Shown piece by piece: positions 1-9,349 of a stretch of 64,000 nucleotides of DNA. A program made the translations under genes and the position numbers. Positions within the stretch are counted from its first letter, which is position 1. Each line of letters begins with the position of its first letter. Below the pieces are notes generated by a model. That model saw only the letters and a program-made list of their open reading frames with translations. It was not told where the DNA came from and ran no database searches. This DNA is from Abditibacteriaceae bacterium (GTDB lineage Bacteria > Armatimonadota > Abditibacteriia > Abditibacteriales > Abditibacteriaceae), in NCBI GenBank assembly GCA_965277285.1, contig OZ255721.1, forward strand, positions 1,536,001 to 1,600,000, written 5' to 3'.

Positions 1-30
1 CTCAAGATTTTCATCTGATAACTTTTTATC

Positions 31-205
31 GAGTAAAGAACCCCGCTGCAAGCAACGGGGCTTTAACGACCGCTTCAAGTCTCGACAGCGGACATCGAGT
101 CCTGCCGAGATGGTGATTAACTTCAATGCAGACACTAAGCCTGTACCGAAGTCGGCCTATTCATCCCCGCCCCAAACGGTCGGGGCACTCTGGAAAATCT
201 TGTAG
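31..205. mobile_element. Putative non-autonomous IS200/IS605-derived element (PATE-like) with two subterminal hairpins
   Basis: Related hairpins CCCCG-N10-CGGGG at 41-60 and CCCCG-N11-CGGGG at 165-185, about 120 bp apart, no ORF between. Resembles the end hairpins of IS200/IS605 elements. Boundaries uncertain. Confidence 0.4.
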
Positions 206-372
206 ATGACGCTATGCCTGAAACGCTACAACATCTTCTCCAATACGACAGACCAGTAAAGTCTTCAATCGCGATTTCTGCCTTTGGTGGTGCACAGCAT
301 AAAAGCTGCTATTTGGAGTTGTAACGCAACGAACGGAACTGTTCGGTATAAGCACCAGTTGTATCTCAAGCC

Positions 373-610
373 CTACTTGGCGCTTCTGCTTTGTTGCGCC
401 TGCATTCCAGCAATCGCCTGTTGTTTTGCTGCAGCCGGCATATTGGGGTTGTTCTGGATTGCCTAAATTTGTCTCGTGGCTTCGTCTTGGGGTGACTGTA
501 TTGCTGGATCATCGTTCGATTTGTTGCAGCCAGCTCCCACTAAGGCAGCCATAGCTAAACTTGCGCCCTATACCCACCTTTCCCATAACGGAATGTCATT
601 CTTGCATTGC
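373..610 (-). pseudogene. Disrupted small lipoprotein gene
   Basis: Manual translation from 600 downward: ...LWERWV*GASLAMAALVGAGCNKSNDDPAIQSPQDEATRQI*AIQNNPNMPAAAKQQAIAGMQAQQSRSAK*. Lipobox-like AGC, internal TAG at 568-570 and 463-465, AAGGAG upstream. Confidence 0.55.
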
Positions 611-644
611 TACCTTTCACAGCATCTCCTTTATCTTAAGCGAG

Positions 645-702
645 CAACGGCTCAACGGCGCATTAGTTATTCATCACTTATTAACACGCTGTTGAGCCGT
701 TG
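645..702. terminator. Stem-loop downstream of the DUF1559 gene
   Basis: CAACGGCTCAACGGCG (645-660) pairs with CGCTGTTGAGCCGTTG (687-702). Confidence 0.45.
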
Positions 703-862
703 GGTTCTTTTCGGGGAAGAACAAGGTTAGCAAAAGCTTACTTGAACTTGTTTTCCACAGTTTGTTGACCTGCTAACTGCATCGCGGAGACCGAAAGACA
801 GAGTGACTTGGAATCGAAATTGAGTACTCGATAGCGCGCTGTCTTTGTTTGTAACGCGAAGT

Positions 863-1672
863 TTACTTGTACTTGTCTGTGGCGATTTGCAGGTTGGCCT
901 GAGCTGCTGTCTCGTCAGCCGGCAGGACGAACGGCTTGTTGTCAAGCGTCCACATGTTGACGGCCGACGAACCGCCTCCAGTGGAATCGATCGTTGCAAA
1001 TGGTCTGAGCGACTTGACGTGACCGTCCGCAAACAAGTAGTTCGACGTGGACAGATGACCCGCAAAAAGCTTGTCGCCGGTTCCGGTGTCGAGCGCGCCG
1101 CCAGTAGCCGGCACTGGTAACGAAAATGATCCCGGCCCAAGGCCGGTCGTGCCGTATCCTGCAAATTCGACAATCTCGATCGTTGACGACGGGGCCGCAA
1201 ACGCAGCTAAACTTTGTCCTTCGCCCTTTGGCATCACTATTTGCGCCGCTTGGGACGATGGAATCGCTCCGTTAGGATCCACAGAAACGTCCAAGTTGGC
1301 CGCGTAGTCATTGGAGATGTCAGAGCCAGCAGAACCGCCGTAAGGCTTTTCGCTGCTAGAGTTGGAGGGGCACCTGAGAAGATCCTTGCTCTTGAGGTAA
1401 GGCTGAATGACATACTGCCAATACGGATAATCAGGACCTCTGACTTGTGACGGCACCATCTTTTCATCGTATTCCTGTGCATACTGCAGCAGGCCGAGAC
1501 CGATCTGTTTCATGTTGCTGGAGCAACTGGCACGGCGGGCACTTTCGCGCGCTTTGGCGAAAGCGGGGAACAAAATCGCGGCTAAAATCGCAATGATAGC
1601 GATGACCACGAGAAGTTCGATCAGGGTGAAACCTTTGCGCATCTTGGAAGGTGCGCTTTGAATATTCGACAT
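863..1672 (-). CDS. DUF1559 prepilin-type N-terminal cleavage / H-X9-DG domain protein
   Basis: [48 protein letters not shown] and C-terminal [24 protein letters not shown] before ATG 1672. Confidence 0.93.
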   Translation of the reverse strand: MSNIQSAPSKMRKGFTLIELLVVIAIIAILAAILFPAFAKARESARRASCSSNMKQIGLGLLQYAQEYDEKMVPSQVRGPDYPYWQYVIQPYLKSKDLLRCPSNSSSEKPYGGSAGSDISNDYAANLDVSVDPNGAIPSSQAAQIVMPKGEGQSLAAFAAPSSTIEIVEFAGYGTTGLGPGSFSLPVPATGGALDTGTGDKLFAGHLSTSNYLFADGHVKSLRPFATIDSTGGGSSAVNMWTLDNKPFVLPADETAAQANLQIATDKYK

Positions 1673-1742
1673 TATTGTCTCCTTCATCAAAACGTTTTCT
1701 GCACAGAGATAGGATTTCTGCACAAAATGGATGCAAGCGCTC

Positions 1743-2780
1743 TTATCGAGTACTCGACGAGTTCAATGTATGCACCGATTGGCGCACTATCAAATGCACA
1801 GGTGCTACTTTGCAGCAAGCGGCGGCTTCACCTCCATTTTTTAATTCGATCCAAGCATCTATCGCCAATCGCCCGATTTCGGAGCACAAGTGGCACACTG
1901 TAGTCAATCCGCGTGGTTCAGCTTCACGCCGATTGTCCACGCCGATGAGCGACACATCCGTGGGCACGCGCACTCCTTGCGCTTCGAGCGCATCCCACAG
2001 CGAAAGCGCAAGGGGATCGTTAAAACAAGCGACTGCCGTGACACCTAAACGGCGCACGGTTTCAGCGGCCTGGGGATGCAAAACAAACTCGCCACCCTCC
2101 GTTGTGCCAGGGATCAAGAACTCTTGACGGAGTTCGATCCCGTGTTTCCACATCGCTTGCACCCACGCGGATTGGCGTTGCTTTTCGTCGAAATTATCAG
2201 CTGGCCCGGACAAATACGCGATGCGCCTGTGACCGCGCTGGACAAAATGCTCGACCATTTGCTGCATCACCAGGTTGTTATCCACATCGACCCATGCCAC
2301 ACCCGCAGGCGCATTGCGGCGGTAACAAACCACCGAAGGAATGCCGTGCTGTGACACGATGTCCAAAGCACGCCGCCACTTGCCCTCGCGCGAAGCAATG
2401 AAAATAAACCCATCGCTGCGTCGATCCACAAAGCGCACTTCATCACTGTTCAGCACCGGATCACAACCTTCGCGCAACATCGTCATCAGGTCGTAACCGT
2501 GCTTGCGCGCGCCTTCGGCAAGACCTTCGTAGGTAAACAAGTCCAGTGGGTGCTCGCTGACACCATAATGCTCGGGAACCAGCGTTATGATACGGGTTTC
2601 CATATGCCGTTTTTGTGACGCTGGAGGACTCACAGGAAGATAGTTCAAACGTTGCGCGGCTTCAATAACACGCTGCCGCGTTTCCGTTCTCATCCGCATA
2701 TCCTGCCCACGCAAAACATTGGAAACCGTCATCGCCGAAACACCCGCTTCTTCGGCAACACTGCGAATCGTGACTCTCAT
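1743..2780 (-). CDS. LacI-family transcriptional regulator
   Basis: N-terminal [24 protein letters not shown], then sugar-binding domain ([27 protein letters not shown]). Confidence 0.95.
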   Translation of the reverse strand: MRVTIRSVAEEAGVSAMTVSNVLRGQDMRMRTETRQRVIEAAQRLNYLPVSPPASQKRHMETRIITLVPEHYGVSEHPLDLFTYEGLAEGARKHGYDLMTMLREGCDPVLNSDEVRFVDRRSDGFIFIASREGKWRRALDIVSQHGIPSVVCYRRNAPAGVAWVDVDNNLVMQQMVEHFVQRGHRRIAYLSGPADNFDEKQRQSAWVQAMWKHGIELRQEFLIPGTTEGGEFVLHPQAAETVRRLGVTAVACFNDPLALSLWDALEAQGVRVPTDVSLIGVDNRREAEPRGLTTVCHLCSEIGRLAIDAWIELKNGGEAAACCKVAPVHLIVRQSVHTLNSSSTR

Positions 2781-3030
2781 AAAAGCTCATTTTCTCGACG
2801 TATATTTACTGTCCCGATTTACTGTAAACAAAAGGTATAAGTACATTATGCCCCTATTCTTTAATTTCTAAACATTTTGCCGAAAATTTTAATTTCGGTG
2901 TTTGTGGATCAACCGAAGCAAGATTATTGATGGCATCGCTATTGTGCATCATCGCCAAAGCCCGCAAGAAAATGGCGGCGTGACGTTCTCAACACCACAT
3001 CGAGTACTCGATTCGAGTACTCGAAAGTTC

Positions 3031-3066
3031 AAAAGCCGCAGCGAACGTAATTCGCTGCGGCTTTTT
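3031..3066. terminator. Intrinsic terminator (bidirectional form)
   Basis: AAAAGCCGCAGCGAA-N5-TTCGCTGCGGCTTTTT downstream of the acyltransferase. Confidence 0.8.
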
Positions 3067-3102
3067 ATTGTTTGTCTGGCGGCTTCACTCAATCAGGTCA
3101 CT

Positions 3103-4332
3103 TCAATGCGTCTTTATGCGATGTGCGCGGGAAGGGGTTGCCACAAGCGCTTCATCGGCAAGCGCTTCATCGGCAAGCGCTTCTTTAGCTGACACATCTT
3201 CGTCCTTGAATCGCGCGGCGAAACCAATACTGGGGTGCTCGATTCGGACATAGAGAAATTGTGCCGCCGCCACGCTGTATACGATAGCAAGGATGAGCAA
3301 CGCCGCAATCGCGCTGTGTCGCCAGGCTGCGCCCCAGGCTGGGTTAAGGATGTGAATTCCGAGCCAATAAACACCGAATATCACCAGCAAGTGTACGAGA
3401 TAAAGGCTGTAGGAAATACGACCAAAGTATTGCAGAAAAGCGTTTTGTCCCCATTGCGTCAACTTATCGCGCCGACCCGCGTTCCAGAGAATGAAAGCCG
3501 TCAAGCAACCGATGCAGAGCGCGAGAGGCGTTGTTTTTTGCGCTGTGTAAACCATGCCAAGGTAAGGAGTACGCGCCAACCACGCCCATATTATGGCACC
3601 GACAAATAACGCTTGAAATCCCAGAAACCAGCCTATACAGATGACCTTCCGAAACGACCAGTAAGCCAGCACGCCGGCCACAAAATAAAACCAGAAGCGA
3701 GGAAATTCCGAAAATCCGCAAGGAACTTGCGCCACCACGAGCGAAGCCTCGCCGGTAACGAAAATCACGCAAATCGTCGGTAACCCAATATCGCCCTTGG
3801 CCTTCCTCTCGCCACTTTTATGAACGAAAACTTTTTCGGATAACACCCGACCAAACATCAAACAAGCGATAAAGAACACATAAAACTGAACTTCCAGACA
3901 AAGCGTCCAAGCCACGCCCAACATACTGTCGATCTGAAAAACATTTTGCAGGTAAATGAAGTTCAACAAAATTTGCAACATGCTGGATAGCGGCTGATGC
4001 AGCACCACTTGCAGGCAAAGTATGACGATCAACATCAGCCAGTACGCTGGATCCAGGCGCAATTGGCGCCGCAGCATGAAACGCCCGACCGAGCGCCAAG
4101 TCAGTGGATTATGGCGCAGCGAATGCGTAATTACAAAACCGCTCAGCACAAAGAAAACTTGCACGCCCAGAGCAAAATAATCATGAGCCGTGCTGCTCCA
4201 CACCGTGACGGAACGACTTTCCACCAAGGCACCGATCAACAACATCCAATGACAAAAAAAGACCGATAAAGACGCAATGCCTCGCAGCGCATCGACAAAC
4301 GTGAACCGCTCGGGCGAACTCAGGTTGCTCAT
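3103..4332 (-). CDS. Acyltransferase family 3 (OafA-like) membrane protein
   Basis: DALRGIA..VFFCH, GVQVFFVLSGF, WTLCLEVQFY, GRISYSLYLVH and IEHP motifs; many TM segments. Confidence 0.92.
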   Translation of the reverse strand: MSNLSSPERFTFVDALRGIASLSVFFCHWMLLIGALVESRSVTVWSSTAHDYFALGVQVFFVLSGFVITHSLRHNPLTWRSVGRFMLRRQLRLDPAYWLMLIVILCLQVVLHQPLSSMLQILLNFIYLQNVFQIDSMLGVAWTLCLEVQFYVFFIACLMFGRVLSEKVFVHKSGERKAKGDIGLPTICVIFVTGEASLVVAQVPCGFSEFPRFWFYFVAGVLAYWSFRKVICIGWFLGFQALFVGAIIWAWLARTPYLGMVYTAQKTTPLALCIGCLTAFILWNAGRRDKLTQWGQNAFLQYFGRISYSLYLVHLLVIFGVYWLGIHILNPAWGAAWRHSAIAALLILAIVYSVAAAQFLYVRIEHPSIGFAARFKDEDVSAKEALADEALADEALVATPSRAHRIKTH

Positions 4333-4351
4333 CTCGCACAGATTAACAACA

Positions 4352-5923
4352 TCAAGAAGAAGGCGTCACGGGTGGCAAAAGAGTACTCGATTCGTGACGC
4401 ATCAAGCGCGCAAAACGATTTTTCAACGCGACATTGGACGACGCTTGTAACTTCATGCGCAACGCGACGCTTTGATGCAGCACGATGAAACGCGCCAGAT
4501 GCGCGGCTTCAACTTCCGCTTGTTCGCCTTGATCCGATTGGGCAATCGCCAGGGTTTCCCATTCTTTTCCAGCGTCGAACAGCGGTTTCCACTTTTCGCT
4601 GCTCGCTTCGCGTTCCAGTTGCGCTTGAAAATTGCCCAGCGCCTTTGCTTTGAGCGCCGCGTCTTTGCTATTCAAATTTGGCTGCGCCGCGAAAACTGCC
4701 GCGCGCATCTGGTGTCGCAACGTCAGAAAACGTTCGCGCGCCGCCACAACGCGAGTTTCCGCAACCGCGTCCGTCGCAGATTGGGACGACAAGTGGCGCC
4801 AGCGATCTTCCGCCTGCGCCAAACGATGTTCACCCGTCAATTTCAATTCGTCCGCCAACTTGTTCAAAGCGAAACGTTGCCCGGACAAAGCAAAAGCCTG
4901 CACAACCGAATATCGAGTACTCGAACCCGCGAGCGACACGAAACGGCGCAGAAACAGGTCGGAAGTCGCCACTGGAATATCAATCGACTTGTCGTTGGCC
5001 AGCGTGTAGCAAAACGCTTCGTTCATGCCGACGCGACCATCATGGTTATAATCGGCGCCCGTTACTTTGCGCCCAACACGGTCGCGTCCCGTCAACGCCG
5101 CGAAAAAATACGACGTAAAATCGTGATATTCGGCTTCGTTCAACTCGGACGTGCAACCTGCCGCCGTGCGAAAACGCGTCGTCGCAAAGAAACCAGCGAT
5201 GTCGCGGTTGAGCAAAGCGCTTTTTGGGTCACCGTTTTGAAACAAGAGATTGGCAAAGGCGCCCGAAAAACATTGCACCATCACCAGCGTGACCGGAACG
5301 CTTTGCGGCAAGCGCGCGATCTGCGTAGACAAATCGCGGACGGAAAGCTCTTCGTCGCCCCACAAATCGTAATTGTTGTTATCGGGATTTTGGTCGTTTT
5401 TGCTGCCATGTCCCGTGAAATACAGCAAAACCGAACGCGAAGAATGCGCTGCATCGCGCGCCATTTTCGCAAACGCTTTGTCGATGTCGGCGCGATGCGA
5501 AGCGCCATCGAGCGATGAACCCAGATTTGGACGGCGCCACGTCGAAAGCACATCCTGCGGCCCGTCGTCTTCCATCAATAAACCGTAAAGATACCGCCCG
5601 CGCGAAAGTTTCTGCGGCTGATCGAACAACACGGTTTCACTTTGCGGGTTTCCGTCAGCGAACAAAACGGTGCGCGGTGTTCCAATCGGCAACAAGCGTT
5701 TGAGATAACGCACGTTGCTTTCGATGGCGACCTGATTGTTGTCCAAATCCGGCCCGCCACCAACAATGAGTACGCGAAGCGGTGCAATTTTGGACGCGCC
5801 CATCGCTGTTGCGCGCGGATTTACTTCGATAGGTTTTTGCGGCGCGCTACCAAGCGAAAAAAATGCCGCGACCGACAACGCGAGCGCGGGCAAAGTCATC
5901 CAGAAACGAGAAGAAGTTTTCAT
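4352..5923 (-). CDS. Secreted clan CD (caspase/legumain-like) cysteine peptidase-domain protein
   Basis: Signal-peptide-like N-terminus; LLYFTGHG and VMVQCFSG match the His-Gly / Cys dyad context; helical C-terminus. Confidence 0.65.
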   Translation of the reverse strand: MKTSSRFWMTLPALALSVAAFFSLGSAPQKPIEVNPRATAMGASKIAPLRVLIVGGGPDLDNNQVAIESNVRYLKRLLPIGTPRTVLFADGNPQSETVLFDQPQKLSRGRYLYGLLMEDDGPQDVLSTWRRPNLGSSLDGASHRADIDKAFAKMARDAAHSSRSVLLYFTGHGSKNDQNPDNNNYDLWGDEELSVRDLSTQIARLPQSVPVTLVMVQCFSGAFANLLFQNGDPKSALLNRDIAGFFATTRFRTAAGCTSELNEAEYHDFTSYFFAALTGRDRVGRKVTGADYNHDGRVGMNEAFCYTLANDKSIDIPVATSDLFLRRFVSLAGSSTRYSVVQAFALSGQRFALNKLADELKLTGEHRLAQAEDRWRHLSSQSATDAVAETRVVAARERFLTLRHQMRAAVFAAQPNLNSKDAALKAKALGNFQAQLEREASSEKWKPLFDAGKEWETLAIAQSDQGEQAEVEAAHLARFIVLHQSVALRMKLQASSNVALKNRFARLMRHESSTLLPPVTPSS

Positions 5924-5942
5924 AAGCGCAATATAATCGTTC

Positions 5943-6081
5943 AACGAACCCGAAGCGTGAGCGAGGGGGACGTAACAGAAGGCGGAGGGATGAGGGATGA
6001 AGTTTCAAGTCCTCTCTTTCTCCTTCATCCCTCTTAATTCATCCTTCTGCTACGCCCCTCTCGCTCACGCTGCGGGTTCGC
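5943..6081. repeat. REP-like family A pair enclosing a heptamer (GGATGAR) inverted-repeat element
   Basis: AACGAACCCGAAGCGTGAGCGAGGGGG ... CCCCTCTCGCTCACGCTGCGGGTTCG, with inner GGATGAGGGATGAA ... TTCATCCCTCTTAATTCATCC. Confidence 0.85.
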
Positions 6082-6100
6082 TGGATCCCACCACAAACAC

Positions 6101-6127
6101 AAAAAGCCCCGCGCGAACGGAGCTTTT
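6101..6127 (-). terminator. Intrinsic terminator after tRNA-Leu
   Basis: AAAAAGCCCCG...CGGAGCTTTT imperfect hairpin with T-tract on the minus strand. Confidence 0.55.
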
Positions 6128-6155
6128 CGTTTGAACCTTTGACCATTCTCAAGAA

Positions 6156-6238
6156 TGTCGCGGAGAGGACTTGAACCTCCACGGAGTTGCCTCCACCAGC
6201 CCCTCAAGCTGGCGCGTCTGCCATTTCGCCACCGCGAC
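6156..6238 (-). tRNA. tRNA-Leu(GAG)
   Basis: Reverse complement GTCGCGG TGGCGAAATGGCAGACGCG CCAGC-TTGAGGG-GCTGG, long variable arm, GGAGGTTCAAGTCCTCT CCGCGAC A. CCA not encoded. Confidence 0.95.
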
Positions 6239-6286
6239 GAGAACCTACATACTTACAACGAGGAATCGAGTACTCGATTTGCAACC

Positions 6287-6634
6287 TTACACATTACCTG
6301 CCGCGCCGGTCACGATTTTCCACAACTGCGAACCGAAGCGCATCACCAGAACATAGACCACAATGGCGCCCACGATGTGGTACCACTGCTTGTCCTTCAT
6401 CGCGTTGAGCACCGAAGAAAATAAAAACGCGACCGCGACCCATGACGTGGCCGGTTTCAAAACGCGTTCGGCGCCGACCGCCATATTGATGCTGCCCGAA
6501 GAGCGCCCGCCAGCCGCGCCCAAACCCATCACGCCGCCACCGCCCTGCTCGGCTTTGTCGGTCTGCACTGCCATCAAAGCAATCAAAGACAGCGTCGTTA
6601 TAACCTGCAAAATCCACACAATCGTATTAATCAA
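6287..6634 (-). CDS. secG: Preprotein translocase subunit SecG
   Basis: TM, then Q-x-x-K and a Gly-rich loop, GAERVLKPATSW, TM. Directly upstream of tRNA-Leu(GAG), as in secG-leuU. Probable TTG start at 6634 with GGAG. Confidence 0.8.
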   Translation of the reverse strand: MINTIVWILQVITTLSLIALMAVQTDKAEQGGGGVMGLGAAGGRSSGSINMAVGAERVLKPATSWVAVAFLFSSVLNAMKDKQWYHIVGAIVVYVLVMRFGSQLWKIVTGAAGNV

Positions 6635-6845
6635 CGTCTCGCTCCAAAAACGCCATAAACTCATTCGGCGCAAAGGAATTATAAGGAACACAACGCGCAA
6701 AGTCAAGACAGGCGCGACGTTGACAAACATCCTTTGTTGCTTTCTTTACATATCGAGTACTCGATTCCCGTTTCGCGTATTTCGCGGGCCACTTTCCCAG
6801 TCTTTGGTACAATGGAAGAAGCCAAAAAGTTTAAAAGGTGATTTT

Positions 6846-7634
6846 CTGGACGCTCAATCTTGGCGCTCTTTTCTGCAATCGGTGCAGGACAGCACGGTTT
6901 CCGTTGATGATGCGCTCGCTCAAGCCCTGGAGCAAAGCGCACCGCTTTCCAACGTGTCGGATACAAACACGGACTTTGAAGAATTAGGCTTCGCCAAAGT
7001 CGACCACGCGCGCGCGGCTCGTCAAGGTTTTCCCGAAGTGATTTTCTGCCTGGGAAAAACGCCCGCGCAAGTCGCGCCGATTGCGCACAGTTTGCACGCG
7101 CGCGGCAGCACTTTGTTGGCGACGCGCGCTGACCGCGCTGTTTTCGACGCCGTGCGCGCCGTCGTTCCAACTGCCGAGTACAACGAAATCGCGCGACTTG
7201 TTTTTGCACCCGGCGACATCGCGCCGCATTTGGATGGACGCATTGGCGTTTTGGCGGCGGGAACCAGCGATTTGCCGGTCGCCGAAGAAGCCTGTGGCAC
7301 GCTCGAAGCGATGGGCGCCAACGTTCAGCGCATTTATGATGTCGGCGTCGCGGGCTTGCATCGCTTGCTCGCTTTCCAAAATGACTTGCGCGCCTGCGAT
7401 GCGTTAATCGTCTGCGCCGGAATGGAAGGTGCTTTGCCGTCGGTCGTCGCCGGTTTGGTCGATATTCCCGTAATTGCAGTTCCGACAAGCGTTGGATATG
7501 GCGCCAGTTTCGGCGGTTTGGCGGCGCTTTTGGGAATGCTCAACTCGTGCGCTAACGGCGTTGCGGTCGTGAACATCGACAACGGCTTTGGCGCCGCCGC
7601 CTTCGCCGCTTCGATTTTAAGAAAGAAGAATTAA
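6846..7634 (+). CDS. larB: Nickel pincer cofactor biosynthesis protein LarB
   Basis: [75 protein letters not shown]. Start inferred at CTG 6846 after AAGGTGA. Confidence 0.93.
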   Translation: MDAQSWRSFLQSVQDSTVSVDDALAQALEQSAPLSNVSDTNTDFEELGFAKVDHARAARQGFPEVIFCLGKTPAQVAPIAHSLHARGSTLLATRADRAVFDAVRAVVPTAEYNEIARLVFAPGDIAPHLDGRIGVLAAGTSDLPVAEEACGTLEAMGANVQRIYDVGVAGLHRLLAFQNDLRACDALIVCAGMEGALPSVVAGLVDIPVIAVPTSVGYGASFGGLAALLGMLNSCANGVAVVNIDNGFGAAAFAASILRKKN

Positions 7635-7743
7635 CCACAAAGACACAAAGGTCACAGAGATTTTCAAGAGGAATATCGAGTACTCGATGCCGACAACAAA
7701 CTCTTTTTGAAGCCTCTCTGTGTTCTTTGTGTCTTTGTGGTTG
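7632..7743. repeat. REP-like family D inverted pair with the palindrome in its loop
   Basis: TAACCACAAAGACACAAAG ... CTTTGTGTCTTTGTGGTTG. Includes the larB stop codon. Confidence 0.8.
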
Positions 7744-7749
7744 AAAATT

Positions 7750-9255
7750 ATGACTATTGCTTATCTCGATTGTTTTTCCGGTATCGCCGGTGATATGACG
7801 CTGGGCGCTTTGATTGACTGCGGTGTGCCGCTCGAAAAATTGCGCGAAGGTTTGGCGGCTTTGCCCGTTACAGGCTGGACAATTGACGCGCAGCCAGTTC
7901 TCAAAAACGGCATTCACGCGCTGCAAGTCGAAATCTCGCTCTTCGGCGAAACCGACGAAGACGAACTTCAGCGACAGCTTTCGCAGCAGCAGTCGGCAGA
8001 AAGCAGTCAGCAGGAAAAGCCGCATTCGCAAACGCCGTCTTCGCACGAACACGAACATCATCACGAGCAATCTCATACTCACACGCACGATGAAGCGCAT
8101 TCGCACGCGCATGAACATCATCACGAACATTCACATGAACACGACCATGAACACACGCACGAGCATTCTCATTTGCATCCACACGTTCATGGGCGTTCGA
8201 TGGCGGAAATTCGGGACGTGATCGAATCGAGTACTCTTTCGCCACGCGTCAAAGAGTTAAGTTTGAAGATTTTCGGCGAGATTGCGCGCGCCGAAGCCAA
8301 GATTCATCATTCGACGCCCGAAGACGTGCATTTTCACGAAATCGGCGGCGTCGATTCGCTGATCGACATTTGCGGCGTCGCGTGGTGTCTGGATTATTTG
8401 AACGTGGACGAAGTGTATTGTTCGGCCTTGCCACATTCGACAGGCCACGTTCATTGCGCGCACGGAATTATGCCAGTTCCCGCGCCTGCCACATTGGAAA
8501 TGCTGCGCGGCGCGCCGTTTTTCCCGACCACTTTGCAAGGCGAAACCATCACGCCAACCGGAGCCGGAATCATCGCGGCGCTCAACCAGGGTTTCGGTTC
8601 GCCGCCCGCGTTTGTGCCGCATTTGATTGGTTGCGGCGCCGGCAAAAAGAATTGGGACGACCGCCCGAACTTGCTGCGCATCACCATCGGCGAGAAAATT
8701 CAGACTGAAAACATTGGCCGTCCCGATAATTCTTCAAGTCTGCTTTCGAGTACTCGAACGGTGGATGAAACAGCGGAACTGGCTGGTTTGGAATGGAGCC
8801 GCCTAACGTTGCTGGAAACCAACATCGACGATATGAACCCGGAGCTGTGGGATCACGTCTTGGGACGGCTTTTTGAGGCGGGCGCGCTCGATGCGTGGCT
8901 GCAAAACGTGCAGATGAAGAAAAATCGTCCGGCCACGACGCTTTCGGTTTTGTGCGAAAGCTCGCAACGCGACGCGATTTTGTCCCTTGTTTTGCGCGAA
9001 ACGACAACGTTGGGCGTGCGCATCAGTGAAGTTCAACGCGCCGCTTTGCCGCGAATTTCTCAGACGGTGCAAACGCCGTGGGGCGAAGTTCGCGTGAAAG
9101 TCGCGCGCTGGAACGAAGGAAACGTCGAACGCGCCGCGCCCGAATACGACGATGTGACGCGCTTGGCGCGAGAAAACAACGTCGCGGCGCACGAAGTCTA
9201 TCGCGCCGCGCTGACTGGCCAACGAGTGAGCGACTTCATCAATCGTCGTGGGTAA
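7750..9255 (+). CDS. larC: Nickel insertion protein LarC with His-rich linker
   Basis: YLDCFSGIAGDMTLGALID, VHFHEIGGVDS, CAHGIMPVPAPAT, TPTGA, ETNIDDMNPE, ETTTLGVR, PEYDD. Confidence 0.95.
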   Translation: MTIAYLDCFSGIAGDMTLGALIDCGVPLEKLREGLAALPVTGWTIDAQPVLKNGIHALQVEISLFGETDEDELQRQLSQQQSAESSQQEKPHSQTPSSHEHEHHHEQSHTHTHDEAHSHAHEHHHEHSHEHDHEHTHEHSHLHPHVHGRSMAEIRDVIESSTLSPRVKELSLKIFGEIARAEAKIHHSTPEDVHFHEIGGVDSLIDICGVAWCLDYLNVDEVYCSALPHSTGHVHCAHGIMPVPAPATLEMLRGAPFFPTTLQGETITPTGAGIIAALNQGFGSPPAFVPHLIGCGAGKKNWDDRPNLLRITIGEKIQTENIGRPDNSSSLLSSTRTVDETAELAGLEWSRLTLLETNIDDMNPELWDHVLGRLFEAGALDAWLQNVQMKKNRPATTLSVLCESSQRDAILSLVLRETTTLGVRISEVQRAALPRISQTVQTPWGEVRVKVARWNEGNVERAAPEYDDVTRLARENNVAAHEVYRAALTGQRVSDFINRRG

Positions 9256-9349
9256 TTGGTCAAGGTTTTGGCGCGGACAAGAGAAACCATTTAGAATGTA
9301 CAGGCGCAGCGGAAATTATCGCGTGGTGCGCTATGTAGCGGAGGAACGA

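Noticed and set aside
284..730. Plus-strand ORFs 284-466 and 476-730
   Set aside because: No motifs; they are the antisense of the decayed lipoprotein gene.
6004..6016. 13-bp match to the tRNA-Leu T-arm as an att site
   Set aside because: It is inverted relative to the tRNA, short, and no integrase is nearby.
6156..6634. secG followed by tRNA-Leu(GAG)
   Set aside because: Known, widely conserved arrangement.
6363..6845. Long N-terminal extension of the larB ORF
   Set aside because: It is the antisense of secG plus promoter DNA; LarB similarity starts near 6846.
8020..8195. His-rich repetitive tract in larC
   Set aside because: A typical nickel-binding linker of LarC proteins.
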